A model generated the notes under the pieces. It was given only the letters and a program-made list of their open reading frames with translations, had not been told where the DNA came from and ran no database searches. Shown here piece after piece: positions 19,619-28,999 of a stretch of 64,000 nt of DNA. Both the position numbers and the translations under genes were made by a program. Every line of letters begins with the position of its first letter. The stretch's first letter is position 1. This stretch comes from Sphingomonadaceae bacterium (lineage in GTDB: Bacteria; Pseudomonadota; Alphaproteobacteria; Sphingomonadales; Sphingomonadaceae). The stretch lies in contig JAWKXP010000006.1 of NCBI GenBank assembly GCA_041396945.1, positions 16,310 to 80,309 on the forward strand, written 5' to 3'.

Positions 19619-21247
19619 TTACTCCGCCGCGATCTTCGCCTTCACGTCGGCGCGCAGCTGGTCCTTGCGCACCTTGCCCGAGGCGGTTCGCGGGAAATCC
19701 GCGACGAATTCGTAGCGTTCAGGGATCTTCTGCTTGGCGAGGCCGCTGGCCATGACATGCGCGGAGAGCTCTTCGGGCGTGAGCGCCGCGCCCGCACCGA
19801 TCACATAGGCGCAGACGCCTTCGCCCAGCCGCTCGTGCGGCATTGCGACGACGGCAGCTTCGGTGATGCCGGGGTGCTCGTGGAGTACGTCCTCGATTTC
19901 CTTGGCCGAGATGTTTTCGCCGCCGCGAATGATGAGGTCTTTCTTGCGCCCCGTAATCGTGATCGCGCCTTCTGCCGACTTCACGCCAAGGTCGCCGGTG
20001 CGGAAATAGCCGTCGGGCGTGATCGCCTCACGCGTCTGCGCCTCGTCGGCATAGCCGAGCAGCATGCCCGGCCCGCGCGCGAGGATTTCGCCTTCGCTGC
20101 CATCGGGGAGCGGCCTGTCCTCGTCATCGACGATGCGCACGGTGTAATCGACGATTTCGCCATCGGTGGTTGCGGCAAGTGCCTCGTTATCCGGCCAGCC
20201 AAAGCTGACCAGCGGCACTTCGGATGCGCCGAACACGCGGAACGCGCGGCAGTTTTCGAACGCGGCATTGGCCGCAGGGATCAGGTCATTGGGCACCGCC
20301 GCGCCGCCGCAGGCGAAGAAGCGGAACGAGGGCAGGCCGTTGCTCGCCGCGCGCGCTGCTGCCGCCAGCTCGACGAGGAACGGCGTTGCCGCGACGGTGC
20401 CGACAAGCCCGTGCCGGTCGATCAGCTCCAGCGCCTCTGCCGCGTTCCACGCTTCCATAAGCACCGTCTGCGTCCCGCAAACGAAGGGTGCTTCGAGCCC
20501 GTTGGCATAGCCCGAGACATGCGTGACCGGCGAGGGCATCAGCGTCGCTTCTCCGGGCTTTACGCCCCAGTGCACTGCGCTTGCCTGAAGGATATGCGAG
20601 AGCGTGACGTGGCTGTGCAGCACGCCCTTGGGCCGCCCGGTCGTGCCCGAGGTGTAAAGCACCATCTTCACCGAATGCGGATCGACCACCGGGCGGTTGA
20701 AGCTCGCGCCGCGCCCCTCGGCCAGCAGCGCCGCGTAATCGTCCGGCCCTTGTCCTCGCACGGTGAAGACATGCGAAAGGTCGGGCAGGTCGGCCTTGAT
20801 CCGCTGTGCCATCGCCGCGAAGTCGTACTTGCGGAATTCCGATGCGACGAAGAACGCGCGCGCGCGGCAATCGCCGAGCATCAGCGAAACCTCGTGGTCG
20901 CGGTAAATCGGCACGATCGGATTGACGACGAGGCCGGACATGGCGGCGGCAAGGTTGATGACGCCAGCCTCGTGCCAGTTCGGCACCTGAAAGGCCAGCA
21001 CGTCGCCGCGTCGCAGGCCGCGTGCGTAAAGCGCCGCGCTCAATGCCTCGGCATCGGCGATAACCTCGGCGCGCGACATGCGGATGTCGCCTTCGACAAA
21101 GGCGGCGAAGTCCGCGTCCTCATCGGCCAGCGCATAGGCCTGATCGGCGATCGTGCGCTCGTCCCAGATGCCCTTTCCGAGCCATTCGCAAAGATGGGGG
21201 GCGGGCGTCGCCAGCCAGTCCCACGGCGGGGTGATCCTCTCGTTCAT
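19619..21247 (-). CDS. Acyl-CoA synthetase (cyclohexanecarboxylate-CoA ligase-like)
   Basis: YTSGTTGRPKG, FGASE, YFRTGDLG, IIRGGENIS, PRTASGK. Confidence 0.9.
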   Translation of the reverse strand: MNERITPPWDWLATPAPHLCEWLGKGIWDERTIADQAYALADEDADFAAFVEGDIRMSRAEVIADAEALSAALYARGLRRGDVLAFQVPNWHEAGVINLAAAMSGLVVNPIVPIYRDHEVSLMLGDCRARAFFVASEFRKYDFAAMAQRIKADLPDLSHVFTVRGQGPDDYAALLAEGRGASFNRPVVDPHSVKMVLYTSGTTGRPKGVLHSHVTLSHILQASAVHWGVKPGEATLMPSPVTHVSGYANGLEAPFVCGTQTVLMEAWNAAEALELIDRHGLVGTVAATPFLVELAAAARAASNGLPSFRFFACGGAAVPNDLIPAANAAFENCRAFRVFGASEVPLVSFGWPDNEALAATTDGEIVDYTVRIVDDEDRPLPDGSEGEILARGPGMLLGYADEAQTREAITPDGYFRTGDLGVKSAEGAITITGRKKDLIIRGGENISAKEIEDVLHEHPGITEAAVVAMPHERLGEGVCAYVIGAGAALTPEELSAHVMASGLAKQKIPERYEFVADFPRTASGKVRKDQLRADVKAKIAAE

Positions 21248-21280
21248 GCTTTCACCGTGCCCAAACGCGCGCCCGCAACC

Positions 21281-21300
21281 AACTGGCGAAAAGGCAAGGA
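21281..21300. promoter_or_regulatory. lux-box-like site
   Basis: AACT-GGCGAAAAGGCA-AGGA; minus-strand CACGGT begins at 21259 (31.5 bp). Confidence 0.65.
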
Positions 21301-21319
21301 CCTGTTACCTTTGGCAGCT
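21300..21319. promoter_or_regulatory. lux-box-like site
   Basis: ACCT-GTTACCTTTGGC-AGCT upstream of a Rieske gene. Confidence 0.65.
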
Positions 21320-21379
21320 TGCGGCGAGCGGCGCGCATAACCAGAGTCCGCCGCGATAACCGTATCGGGAGTTTGGATA

Positions 21380-22558
21380 GTGGACCTGCTGGAACGCAAC
21401 GGCAATGCCGCCGAGATCATGCTGGATTACGTCGAGAACAACTCGACCTTCCAGGGCGAAAAGACGATGCGCGTGCCCGCGCGCGCCTATACCGACCAGG
21501 ACCAGTGGGAGGCCGAGCTTGACCTGATCTTCAAGCGCGTGCCGCTGTTGCTCGCGTTCTCTGCCGAGCTGCCCAACCCCGGCGATTACAAGGCCAGCAC
21601 TGTCGTCGGCCTGCCGGTCCTCATCAACCGCGCCAAGGACGGCAAGGCCCGCGCGTTCCTCAACGTCTGCTCGCACCGCGCTGCGCCCGTCGCCGCCGAA
21701 GGCACGGGCAACTGCTCGCGCTTCGTCTGCCCCTATCACGGCTGGACCTTCGGGCAGGACGGCAAGCTGCTCGGCGTCGCCGAAGCCAGCAAGTTCGGCG
21801 AGATCGACAAGGCCAGCCATGGCCTGCGCGAACTGCCCTGCGAAGAGCGCGCCGGGATGATCTTTGCCTCGCTGACGCCGGGCGCCTCGTTCGACCTCGA
21901 AAAGCACCTGCGTGGCTATCTGCCGGACCTCGAAAGCCTCGGTCTCGAAAGCTGGTCCTATCTCGGCTCGCGCGTGATCGAAGGCGCGAACTGGAAGGTC
22001 GCCTATGACGGCTACCTCGAAGGCTATCACTTCGCTTCGCTCCACCCCGAAACGATCTTTCCGCGCACGCCGTCGAACACGATGCATTACGAAGGTTTCG
22101 GCCCGCATTTCCGCATCGGCTTCCCGCAGCGCCGCATCAAGGAAGCGCTCTCCGAAGTGCCGCGCGAGGACTGGGGCAATCAGGAGAACAACGGATACGA
22201 TTACGTCCGCATCCTGTTTCCCAACATCGCGATCTTCGTCGCGCCCGAGATCACCCAGATCGCGCAGCTCTATCCGGGCGATACGCCGGGCACCAACCGC
22301 ACCGTGCTCAACTACCTGCGCCAGGAAGCGCCGCGCGACGAGGAAGACAAGGCGGCGCTCGACCAGATGATGGATTTCTTCGCAGGCGTTACCTACGGCG
22401 AGGATTACGTCATAGGTATGGAAATCCAGAAGGGCCTCGAATCCGGCGCGCATGACGAGGTCGTTTTCGGCAAGAACGAGCGCGGCAACCAGTACTTCCA
22501 CGAATGGCTGAACTGGTACCTCGCCGAAGACCCGACGCTGCCCGAGCCGCAGATGTGA
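21380..22558 (+). CDS. Rieske oxygenase alpha subunit
   Basis: CSH..CPYH, NWKVAYDGYLEGYHFASLH, GED; GTG start; paralogue of 13631..14815. Confidence 0.93.
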   Translation: MDLLERNGNAAEIMLDYVENNSTFQGEKTMRVPARAYTDQDQWEAELDLIFKRVPLLLAFSAELPNPGDYKASTVVGLPVLINRAKDGKARAFLNVCSHRAAPVAAEGTGNCSRFVCPYHGWTFGQDGKLLGVAEASKFGEIDKASHGLRELPCEERAGMIFASLTPGASFDLEKHLRGYLPDLESLGLESWSYLGSRVIEGANWKVAYDGYLEGYHFASLHPETIFPRTPSNTMHYEGFGPHFRIGFPQRRIKEALSEVPREDWGNQENNGYDYVRILFPNIAIFVAPEITQIAQLYPGDTPGTNRTVLNYLRQEAPRDEEDKAALDQMMDFFAGVTYGEDYVIGMEIQKGLESGAHDEVVFGKNERGNQYFHEWLNWYLAEDPTLPEPQM

Positions 22559-22568
22559 GGCGGCGGGC

Positions 22569-22916
22569 ATGACTGTCACCGTCATCACCCTGCTCAAGCG
22601 CCGCGAGGGCATGAGCAAGGCGGACTTCATCGCCTATTACGAGGAAAACCACCGCAAGATCGGCGAGCAGGTGCTGGCCGGCTATGCGACGCGCTATGTC
22701 CGCCGGTTCCTCCATCCGATGGATGGCGAGGACCAGCACGAAGATGCCGATGTGGTGATGGAAATCGATTTTCCCGACGCTGCGACGCGCGATGCCTGTT
22801 TTGCCGCGCTGTCCGATCCGGCAACCCAGGCAATGATCGCCGAGGATGAAGCGAAGCTGTTCGACCGCAGCCGCATCCGGACATTCACCGTCGAGGAGCG
22901 GGCTTCGGATATCTGA
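22569..22916 (+). CDS. EthD-domain protein
   Basis: LLKRREGMSKADF..Y.E.H, D.V.EI.F, IAEDEAKLFD. Confidence 0.85.
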   Translation: MTVTVITLLKRREGMSKADFIAYYEENHRKIGEQVLAGYATRYVRRFLHPMDGEDQHEDADVVMEIDFPDAATRDACFAALSDPATQAMIAEDEAKLFDRSRIRTFTVEERASDI

Positions 22917-22926
22917 TCGGCGCAAT

Positions 22927-23060
22927 AGCTCTCTCCCCTTGAGGGGAGAGATACAAAGGCTTGAGAGCGAAGCGAACTATGTTGCCGCAGTTGAGAGGGG
23001 GTCACGAGCCTGATGCGTGGCAGACCCTTCCCAACCCTCTCCCCTGAAGGGGAGAGGGCT
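22927..23060. repeat. CIR/RIME-like palindromic intergenic element
   Basis: Terminal hairpins CTCTCCCCTTGAGGGGAGAG and CTCTCCCCTGAAGGGGAGAG in inverted arrangement. Confidence 0.8.
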
Positions 23061-23068
23061 AGAAGGCG

Positions 23069-23509
23069 TTACCCCCGCTGCTCATGGACGATGGCGTAGA
23101 CGCGCTTGGTAAAGACCCACTGGCCGTCGCGCTTTTCCAGTTCGTCGTCGTAGCGTCCATGGCCGCGGATCAGTTCGCCGGTCTCGGGGTGCTCGTAGAC
23201 TTCGTGCGTGTAGGCCACGGCCTTTGCCTTGTTGCCCTCGACCTCGATCGCGCCGGGCTCCATGAAATAGACCATCGGCTTGGCCATCTTGTCGAGGCCG
23301 TAGACCTTCATCGATTCGATCCAGCCGGACACGATGACGTCCTTGCCCTCGAACGCGCCGAGGTCGGGATAGTCGGCGAGTTCCCAGAATGCGTCCTCGG
23401 CCCAGATCGAGCCCCAGACTTCGGGGTCCTTGGTCATCACGCCATGCGCGTGGGTGTTCATCAGTTCGCGGATCGCGAGGCGATCTTCGATGGGGCCAGA
23501 AAACGGCAT
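23069..23509 (-). CDS. SnoaL/NTF2-like protein
   Basis: MPFSGPIEDRLAIREL..WAEDAFW..GRYDDELEKRDGQWVFTKR. Confidence 0.85.
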   Translation of the reverse strand: MPFSGPIEDRLAIRELMNTHAHGVMTKDPEVWGSIWAEDAFWELADYPDLGAFEGKDVIVSGWIESMKVYGLDKMAKPMVYFMEPGAIEVEGNKAKAVAYTHEVYEHPETGELIRGHGRYDDELEKRDGQWVFTKRVYAIVHEQRG

Positions 23510-23560
23510 ATTGATTTCCTTGTCTTGAGGTTCGCTGGTGCGAACCCGGTCGCCAGCCGA

Positions 23561-23626
23561 CCCGCCTGCCCGCCCGACCACCAATTGTAAGGTGGCCTTG
23601 GTGGTCGTGCGGGGAGGAGGGGCGGG
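23561..23626. repeat. Long imperfect intergenic hairpin
   Basis: CGACCACCAA (23575-84) pairs with TTGGTGGTCG (23598-607); outer CCCGCC/GGCGGG. Confidence 0.6.
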
Positions 23627-23642
23627 AGGTATGCGCTAAAAA

Positions 23643-24329
23643 CTACCAGGCGTGCTCTTCGCCGTTCCACTTGTAGAAGTCGCCCGACTTCTCAAGCGTC
23701 CAGCCTTCGGCGAGCTTCTTGATGTCGCTGGCCGATTCCTGCGGGCTGATCTCGGCATCGGGGCCACCCATGTCGGTCTGGACATAGCCGGGATGGATGA
23801 TCCCGACGATGATGCCGCGATCCTTGAGGTCGATGGCGACCGAGCGCATCAGGCGGTTGAGCCCGGCCTTGGCCGCGACATAGGGATAGAACCCGCCATA
23901 AGGCCAGGTCGAGGCGGCCAGCTGGCTGGAGAAGTTGATGACCCTGGAGCCTTCGCCGAGCCGCGGCAGGAACGCGCGCAGCACCCGCAGCGGGCCTTTG
24001 AGCATGATCTCGATCGCCTCGTCGAAGGTATCCCAGTCGCCCGGTTCGAGCATCGGCGCCAGCTTTCCGACGATCCCGGCGACGTTGTAGAGCAGGTCGA
24101 TCTGTTCGCTGCCGGTATCCGCCGCGCCCGCCGCGACCGAGGCATCCGACGCCGCGTCGAGCGCGTGGACCGTAACGCTGCCGCCCGATCCCGCCGCCAG
24201 CGCGTTCAGATCGTCCGCGCCTGCCGGATCGCGCACCATCGCGAAGACGCGGTCGCCCGCTTCGGCGTGCTGCCTTGCCAGTTCGAACCCGATCCCGCGC
24301 GATGCGCCGGATACCACTACATTTGCCAT
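23643..24329 (-). CDS. SDR oxidoreductase (C-factor/CsgA-like)
   Basis: MANVVVSGASRGIG, YVAAK, HPGYVQTDMGG; own ATG with GGAAGG upstream, overlapping the natural Rieske stop (TGATG). Confidence 0.88.
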   Translation of the reverse strand: MANVVVSGASRGIGFELARQHAEAGDRVFAMVRDPAGADDLNALAAGSGGSVTVHALDAASDASVAAGAADTGSEQIDLLYNVAGIVGKLAPMLEPGDWDTFDEAIEIMLKGPLRVLRAFLPRLGEGSRVINFSSQLAASTWPYGGFYPYVAAKAGLNRLMRSVAIDLKDRGIIVGIIHPGYVQTDMGGPDAEISPQESASDIKKLAEGWTLEKSGDFYKWNGEEHAW

Positions 24330-25676
24330 CAGGGTTTCCTTCCTTCGATCCAGTCGTTGAGCACTTCGTGGAAGAAGCGCACGCGGGTTTCCTGCGCGGG
24401 CAGGTAAGCGTCGGTATAGCCGCGCGAATGCATGCCGGCCTGCATGCCTTCGGCGAGTTCCATGTCCTGATAGACAATCTGCCCGGCGAGTTCCGGAATG
24501 CCGCGCCCGCCGTCGAAGACGCGGTGCTCGCATTCCTCGACCTCGCGCAGCGGCTTGAGGCCCGGCCATCACCGATTCGACCTCGGTCTGCCCTTCGACC
24601 GGGAAGGCCATGCACCAGAGGTCGAAGTAGCACTTTTCCGGGTCCTCGGCATGCGGTTCGGAGCGGAAGAAGATCAAATTATCCGGCAGGAAGCTGATCG
24701 TGACATTGGGGAACATCACCGTGTGCGGGCTGTCGGTGATCTCCTCGTCGTCCATGTTCTCGTAATGCAGGTAGCCCTTTTCCTTCCAGAGCTTCTGCTT
24801 GGCGGCCTTGAGGTCTTTCCAGCCCTGCATCGCGAATTCCTCGTAGGATGCGTAGCTGGCCGGGTCAATGTCCCACTTCTTCAGTTCGCCTTCGAACATC
24901 GCGTTGCCGCCGCCTTCGGGGCGGTCGGAGAGCGAGGGGCGCATCGGCTGAACCGTGCGGCCGTGCCCGTTCGGCCACATCTCGTGGCGCGCGGAATCGA
25001 CGTCCTGATCGATCCACGGCGGCACCTGCGGGTGCGCGGTGCGGGTGTGATAGCTTTCCGAGAAATTGTCGGTCACGAACTTCCAGTTGGCGTTGATCTC
25101 GATGCGATACCAGGCAACGCGCACCGCCTTTTCCATGGGGTAATTTTTGAAGACCTCCATCATCGGATAGAGGAAATCGTGCAGGTCCGGGCCGTTCTCG
25201 TCCATCGTGTACCAGACGAACCCGCCCCAGGTTTCGCAGCGCAGTTCCTTTAGCGAAAGCTTGCCGCAGGGGTTGCCTTGCGGGAAGTCGGCATCTGCGT
25301 CCTGCGCGTGGGCAAGCACGCCGTCGAGCCCGTAGCGCCAGCCGTGGTAGGGGCAGGTGATCCCGGTGACCGAAGACATGCCGTCGACCATGCGCATGCC
25401 CCGGTGGCGGCAGGCGTTGTAGAACGCGCGGACCGAGCCATCCTCCTGCCGCACGCAGATGACCGACTCTTTCAGGAAGTTATGGACCGCGTAGTCACCG
25501 CTTTCCGGAATGTCCGCCTCGCGGCAGCCGACGTGCCAGATCTTGGTCCAGAGGTTGTCCCATTCCTTCTGGGCAAACTCCTTCGAGTAATAGCGGTCGC
25601 CGGTGATCTTGTCGCCGCGCAGGTTGGCCGGGTCGCGCCCGTCGAGGGGCTGGGGGAAAGTCGATTGCTGGTTCAT
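24329..25676 (-). pseudogene. Rieske oxygenase alpha subunit with 1-nt frameshift (real lesion or sequence error)
   Basis: CRH..CPYH and DNFSESYHTRTAH in the first frame; conserved C-terminus (IVYQDMELAEGMQAGMHSRGY..QETRVRFFHEVLNDWI) lies in the shifted frame after ~24562. Confidence 0.85.
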
Positions 25677-25756
25677 GGCATCCTCTTCCTTCGCGCTGCC
25701 TCATTCAGCGGGGCAGCATCTTGGCGGGCAACCTGCCGCCTGCGCGCTCTGCGTCA

Positions 25757-25776
25757 TACTGTCACTTTGGACAGAA
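25757..25776. promoter_or_regulatory. lux-box-like site
   Basis: TACT-GTCACTTTGGAC-AGAA (CTGTC/GACAG arms); minus-strand CAGGTT begins at 25735 (31.5 bp). Confidence 0.65.
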
Positions 25777-25798
25777 ATCCGGCAGCCCCGCCGGTTTT
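25775..25798. promoter_or_regulatory. 24-bp TetR-type operator, type A
   Basis: AAATCCGGCA-GCCC-CGCCGGTTTT. Confidence 0.6.
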
Positions 25799-26468
25799 AT
25801 TGCCTGCCATAGAGCTGCGCCACCGTTTGCGTGACCAGCGCGCGCACTTTTGCCATGCGCTCACCCTTGCCGAGGACGCCCTCGTTCAGCAGCATTCCGA
25901 TATGCGCGGCATTGGCGAAGTCGCTGGCCAGCTTCATCGCATCCCATTGCTCGCGCCACTGCGGGAAAGCCTCGATCATCTCGCTGATCCAGACCTTGTC
26001 ATAGCGCTTTTCAGCCGGGGCGAAGAGCGCGGCGAGTTCCTCGTCGCTGCGCGCGGCGACGGCCAGTTGCAGGTAAGCGGCATATTCATGCGTATGGACC
26101 GACCGCCAGTGCGCCTCGGTAGCGGTCTCGATAATCTCTTCCTCGCCGCGCGTGCCGAGCGAGGCGAAGTAATCGTCGAGGAACAGGCTCATGCGGCGGT
26201 AGAAAAGGTGGTCGATAACCGCCGCGACAAGGTCCAGCCGCGTTGCGAAATGGTGGTGCATCGCCCCGCGCGAGATTTCGCAGCCCGTGGCAACCGCTGC
26301 GGTGGTGAGGCCCGCGTATCCGGCTTCGACCAGGCAATCGATCCCGGCATCGAGAATCCGCTGACGAGTGCGCGCGGACTTGCGCTGCTGCCACTTTTCG
26401 GGCGGCTCGGCATTGTGCCGGGGATGCATCGCGGAGAGCATCCGGTCCTGGATCGCGGTGGCCTTCAT
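25797..26468 (-). CDS. TetR/AcrR family regulator
   Basis: TRQRILDAG..GYAGLTT..ISRGAMHHHF. Confidence 0.92.
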   Translation of the reverse strand: MKATAIQDRMLSAMHPRHNAEPPEKWQQRKSARTRQRILDAGIDCLVEAGYAGLTTAAVATGCEISRGAMHHHFATRLDLVAAVIDHLFYRRMSLFLDDYFASLGTRGEEEIIETATEAHWRSVHTHEYAAYLQLAVAARSDEELAALFAPAEKRYDKVWISEMIEAFPQWREQWDAMKLASDFANAAHIGMLLNEGVLGKGERMAKVRALVTQTVAQLYGRQ

Positions 26469-26514
26469 CTGCGAAAGGCTAGCCCAAGGGCACTGAAAAG
26501 CACAGGGGCGGCGG

Positions 26515-26534
26515 GCCTATCACTTCGCACAGTT
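26515..26534. promoter_or_regulatory. lux-box-like site
   Basis: GCCT-ATCACTTCGCAC-AGTT; CATAAA at 26556 (31.5 bp). Confidence 0.6.
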
Positions 26535-26558
26535 ACTCATTCGGCAGGCCTCACGCAT

Positions 26559-26582
26559 AAAAACGGCATCTCTGCCGGTTTT
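26559..26582. promoter_or_regulatory. 24-bp TetR-type operator, type A
   Basis: AAAAACGGCA-TCTC-TGCCGGTTTT, overlapping the predicted -10/+1 of the TBDR operon. Confidence 0.7.
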
Positions 26583-26644
26583 GTGCCGGCAACGTTTCAA
26601 GCCCGGAACCGAACTGGCCGGGTGACATGGGGAGGGTACTGAAG

Positions 26645-28930
26645 ATGAACACGCACGCATTGCGCCTGATGGCCGGGATTTCGGCGCTGGCCCTCACGGC
26701 CGCGCCTGCTTTCGCGCAGGAAGCAGATGACGCGCCCGCAGGCGGCATCCAGGATATCGTCGTCACCGCGCAGAAGCAGGAAGAAAACCTTCAGGCGGTT
26801 CCGATCGCGGTGACCGCAGTCGGCGGGGAAAGCCTTGCCGCGATGCAGGTCACCTCATTGCAGGCGTTGCAGAACACCGTTCCCAACGTGCAGATCGACA
26901 ACTTCTCGAACACGCCGAACAACGCCGTCTTCACGATCCGCGGTATCGGCATCATCGAGCCCGATCCCTATGCCGGTAACACCGTGTCGATTGTCGCAGA
27001 CGGGGTGCCGCAGTTCTTCTCGATGGGCGCGCTGCTCGACACCTATGACGTCAACCGCGTCGAAATCCTGCGTGGTCCGCAGGGCACCCTGTTCGGCGCG
27101 AACACGACCGGCGGCGTGGTCAATGTCGTCACCAATCGCCCGACCGGTGAATTGGGCGGCTATGCCCGCGTGATGTACGGCAATTTCGATCGCCTCGACA
27201 TCAACGGCGCGATCGAAATCCCGCTGCAAGAAGACTTCGTCTCGCTGCGCGTTGCCGGCGTTCACACCCAGCGCAAGGGCTGGGTCACCAATGTCTGGGA
27301 CGGCTCGGACATGGGCAGCAAGAATGTCGATGCGATCCGCGGCCAGCTTTACATCACGCCTAGCCCGGACGTGCGCCTGACGCTGCAGGGTGAATATGTC
27401 GCGGCGCGCAACGGTGCACCGGTCGTGGTCAACGGCGCAATTCCGGGCGAGGGCAACTACGTCGAGCCGGGCACCTTCTTTAACGGCGCGGTGCTGCCGA
27501 ATTACCAGAGCCCCTGCATTCCGGGCGACCGCTGCCGTGCACCCGACAAGTATTTCTCGGGCAACAACGAAGTGCCCGACCAGTCGGACATGACGACCAA
27601 GTTCTTTATCGGAACCGCCGAGTTCGACAACACCCCGCTGGGCGACATTACCTCGATCACCGGCTACAAGAAGTTCACCCTGTTCGAATATACCGACCAG
27701 GACGGCACCTCGAAGACCAACAACGCGACCCGCCGCCGCACCGAAGGCTGGCAGTTCAGCGAGGAGCTGCGCACTGCGGTCGACCTTTCGGACAGCATCA
27801 ATGCGGTTGCGGGCGTGTTCTTCCTGAAGACGCACTACGACCACTACCAGATGTACCATCTGGATTTCGCACTTCCGGGCCTCATCCAGTTCAACACGCA
27901 GGACCAGGATACCGAGAGCTTTTCCGCCTTCCTGCAGACCTACACGCAGCTCACCGACGCACTGACGCTTTCGGCGGGAATTCGTTACACGCATGACAAG
28001 ATCGACGCGCGCTCGACGCTTGATACCGGCATCGGTAGCGCTGCTTTGACCGACGATGCCAATTACGACCGTTTCGATGTTGTCTTCCCCGGCAGCCTCG
28101 ATGTCGGCGGCAAGAAGAGCTGGGACAATGTCGGCTGGAAGCTCGGCCTCGATTACGAGTTCGGCGTCAACCAGATGGTCTATGCCAGCTGGGCGCGCGG
28201 TTTCAAGTCGGGCGGTTATACGGGCCGCATCGGCGTCGCGGCGGACGGTGACACCCCTTACAACCCGGAAGAGGTCGATACCTTCGAGATCGGTCTCAAG
28301 GCCGACCTGCTCGACCGTCGCCTGCGCACCAATCTCGCGGTCTTCCTGACCAAGTATCGCGACATGCAGATTGCGCAGATCTACTTCGATCGCGAAACCA
28401 ACGTGCAGGGCAACCGCATCCTCAACGCCGCCGAATCCGAGATCAAGGGCTTCGAGCTCGAGGTTCAGGCGGTGCCGGTCGACGGGCTGACACTGCGCAG
28501 CTCGCTTGCCTACCTCGATACCAAGTACAAGGACTTCCTCTACGGCGATCCCGTTTCGGGCCAGACCTTCGACCTGAAGGGCGACAGCCTGCAGAACGCG
28601 CCGAAGTGGCAGGCACTTGCCGGCATCAATTACGCCTACGAACTGGCGGGCGGCAGCCGCATCGTCGCCGATGCAAGCTACAGCTACACCGCGAAGAAGT
28701 ATTATACCGCGATCCTCAACACGCCGCGTTCGACGGTGCAGCCGATGCATTACATCGACGCGCACATCAACTGGACCTCGGCAAACGAGGTCTTCGAGGT
28801 TGGCGTCTGGGGCAAGAACCTTGCCGACAAGCGCTACGTCAACACCTCCTACGATTCGCCCGGCTACGCCGCGATCGTGGGTTACGCGCCGCCGCGCCAG
28901 TACGGCATGTCGGTCGGCGTGAACTTCTGA
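26645..28930 (+). CDS. TonB-dependent receptor
   Basis: MNTHALRLMAG signal, DIVVTAQK, VEILRGPQGTLFGAN, C-terminal Phe; SD GGGAGG. Confidence 0.95.
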   Translation: MNTHALRLMAGISALALTAAPAFAQEADDAPAGGIQDIVVTAQKQEENLQAVPIAVTAVGGESLAAMQVTSLQALQNTVPNVQIDNFSNTPNNAVFTIRGIGIIEPDPYAGNTVSIVADGVPQFFSMGALLDTYDVNRVEILRGPQGTLFGANTTGGVVNVVTNRPTGELGGYARVMYGNFDRLDINGAIEIPLQEDFVSLRVAGVHTQRKGWVTNVWDGSDMGSKNVDAIRGQLYITPSPDVRLTLQGEYVAARNGAPVVVNGAIPGEGNYVEPGTFFNGAVLPNYQSPCIPGDRCRAPDKYFSGNNEVPDQSDMTTKFFIGTAEFDNTPLGDITSITGYKKFTLFEYTDQDGTSKTNNATRRRTEGWQFSEELRTAVDLSDSINAVAGVFFLKTHYDHYQMYHLDFALPGLIQFNTQDQDTESFSAFLQTYTQLTDALTLSAGIRYTHDKIDARSTLDTGIGSAALTDDANYDRFDVVFPGSLDVGGKKSWDNVGWKLGLDYEFGVNQMVYASWARGFKSGGYTGRIGVAADGDTPYNPEEVDTFEIGLKADLLDRRLRTNLAVFLTKYRDMQIAQIYFDRETNVQGNRILNAAESEIKGFELEVQAVPVDGLTLRSSLAYLDTKYKDFLYGDPVSGQTFDLKGDSLQNAPKWQALAGINYAYELAGGSRIVADASYSYTAKKYYTAILNTPRSTVQPMHYIDAHINWTSANEVFEVGVWGKNLADKRYVNTSYDSPGYAAIVGYAPPRQYGMSVGVNF

Positions 28931-28944
28931 CCAGCTCCTCCCTC

Positions 28945-28982
28945 GCCCCGGCCTGACCCTCATCAGGCCGGGGCAGTTTTTT
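28945..28982 (+). terminator. Intra-operon terminator-like hairpin after TBDR
   Basis: GCCCCGGCCTGA-loop-TCAGGCCGGGGC then AGTTTTTT. Confidence 0.8.
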
Positions 28983-28999
28983 GGAAGAGGAGAGGGCAG

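Noticed and set aside
23643-25676. Natural Rieske-SDR fusion enzyme
   Set aside because: The linker is out-of-frame Rieske sequence; explained by a 1-nt insertion
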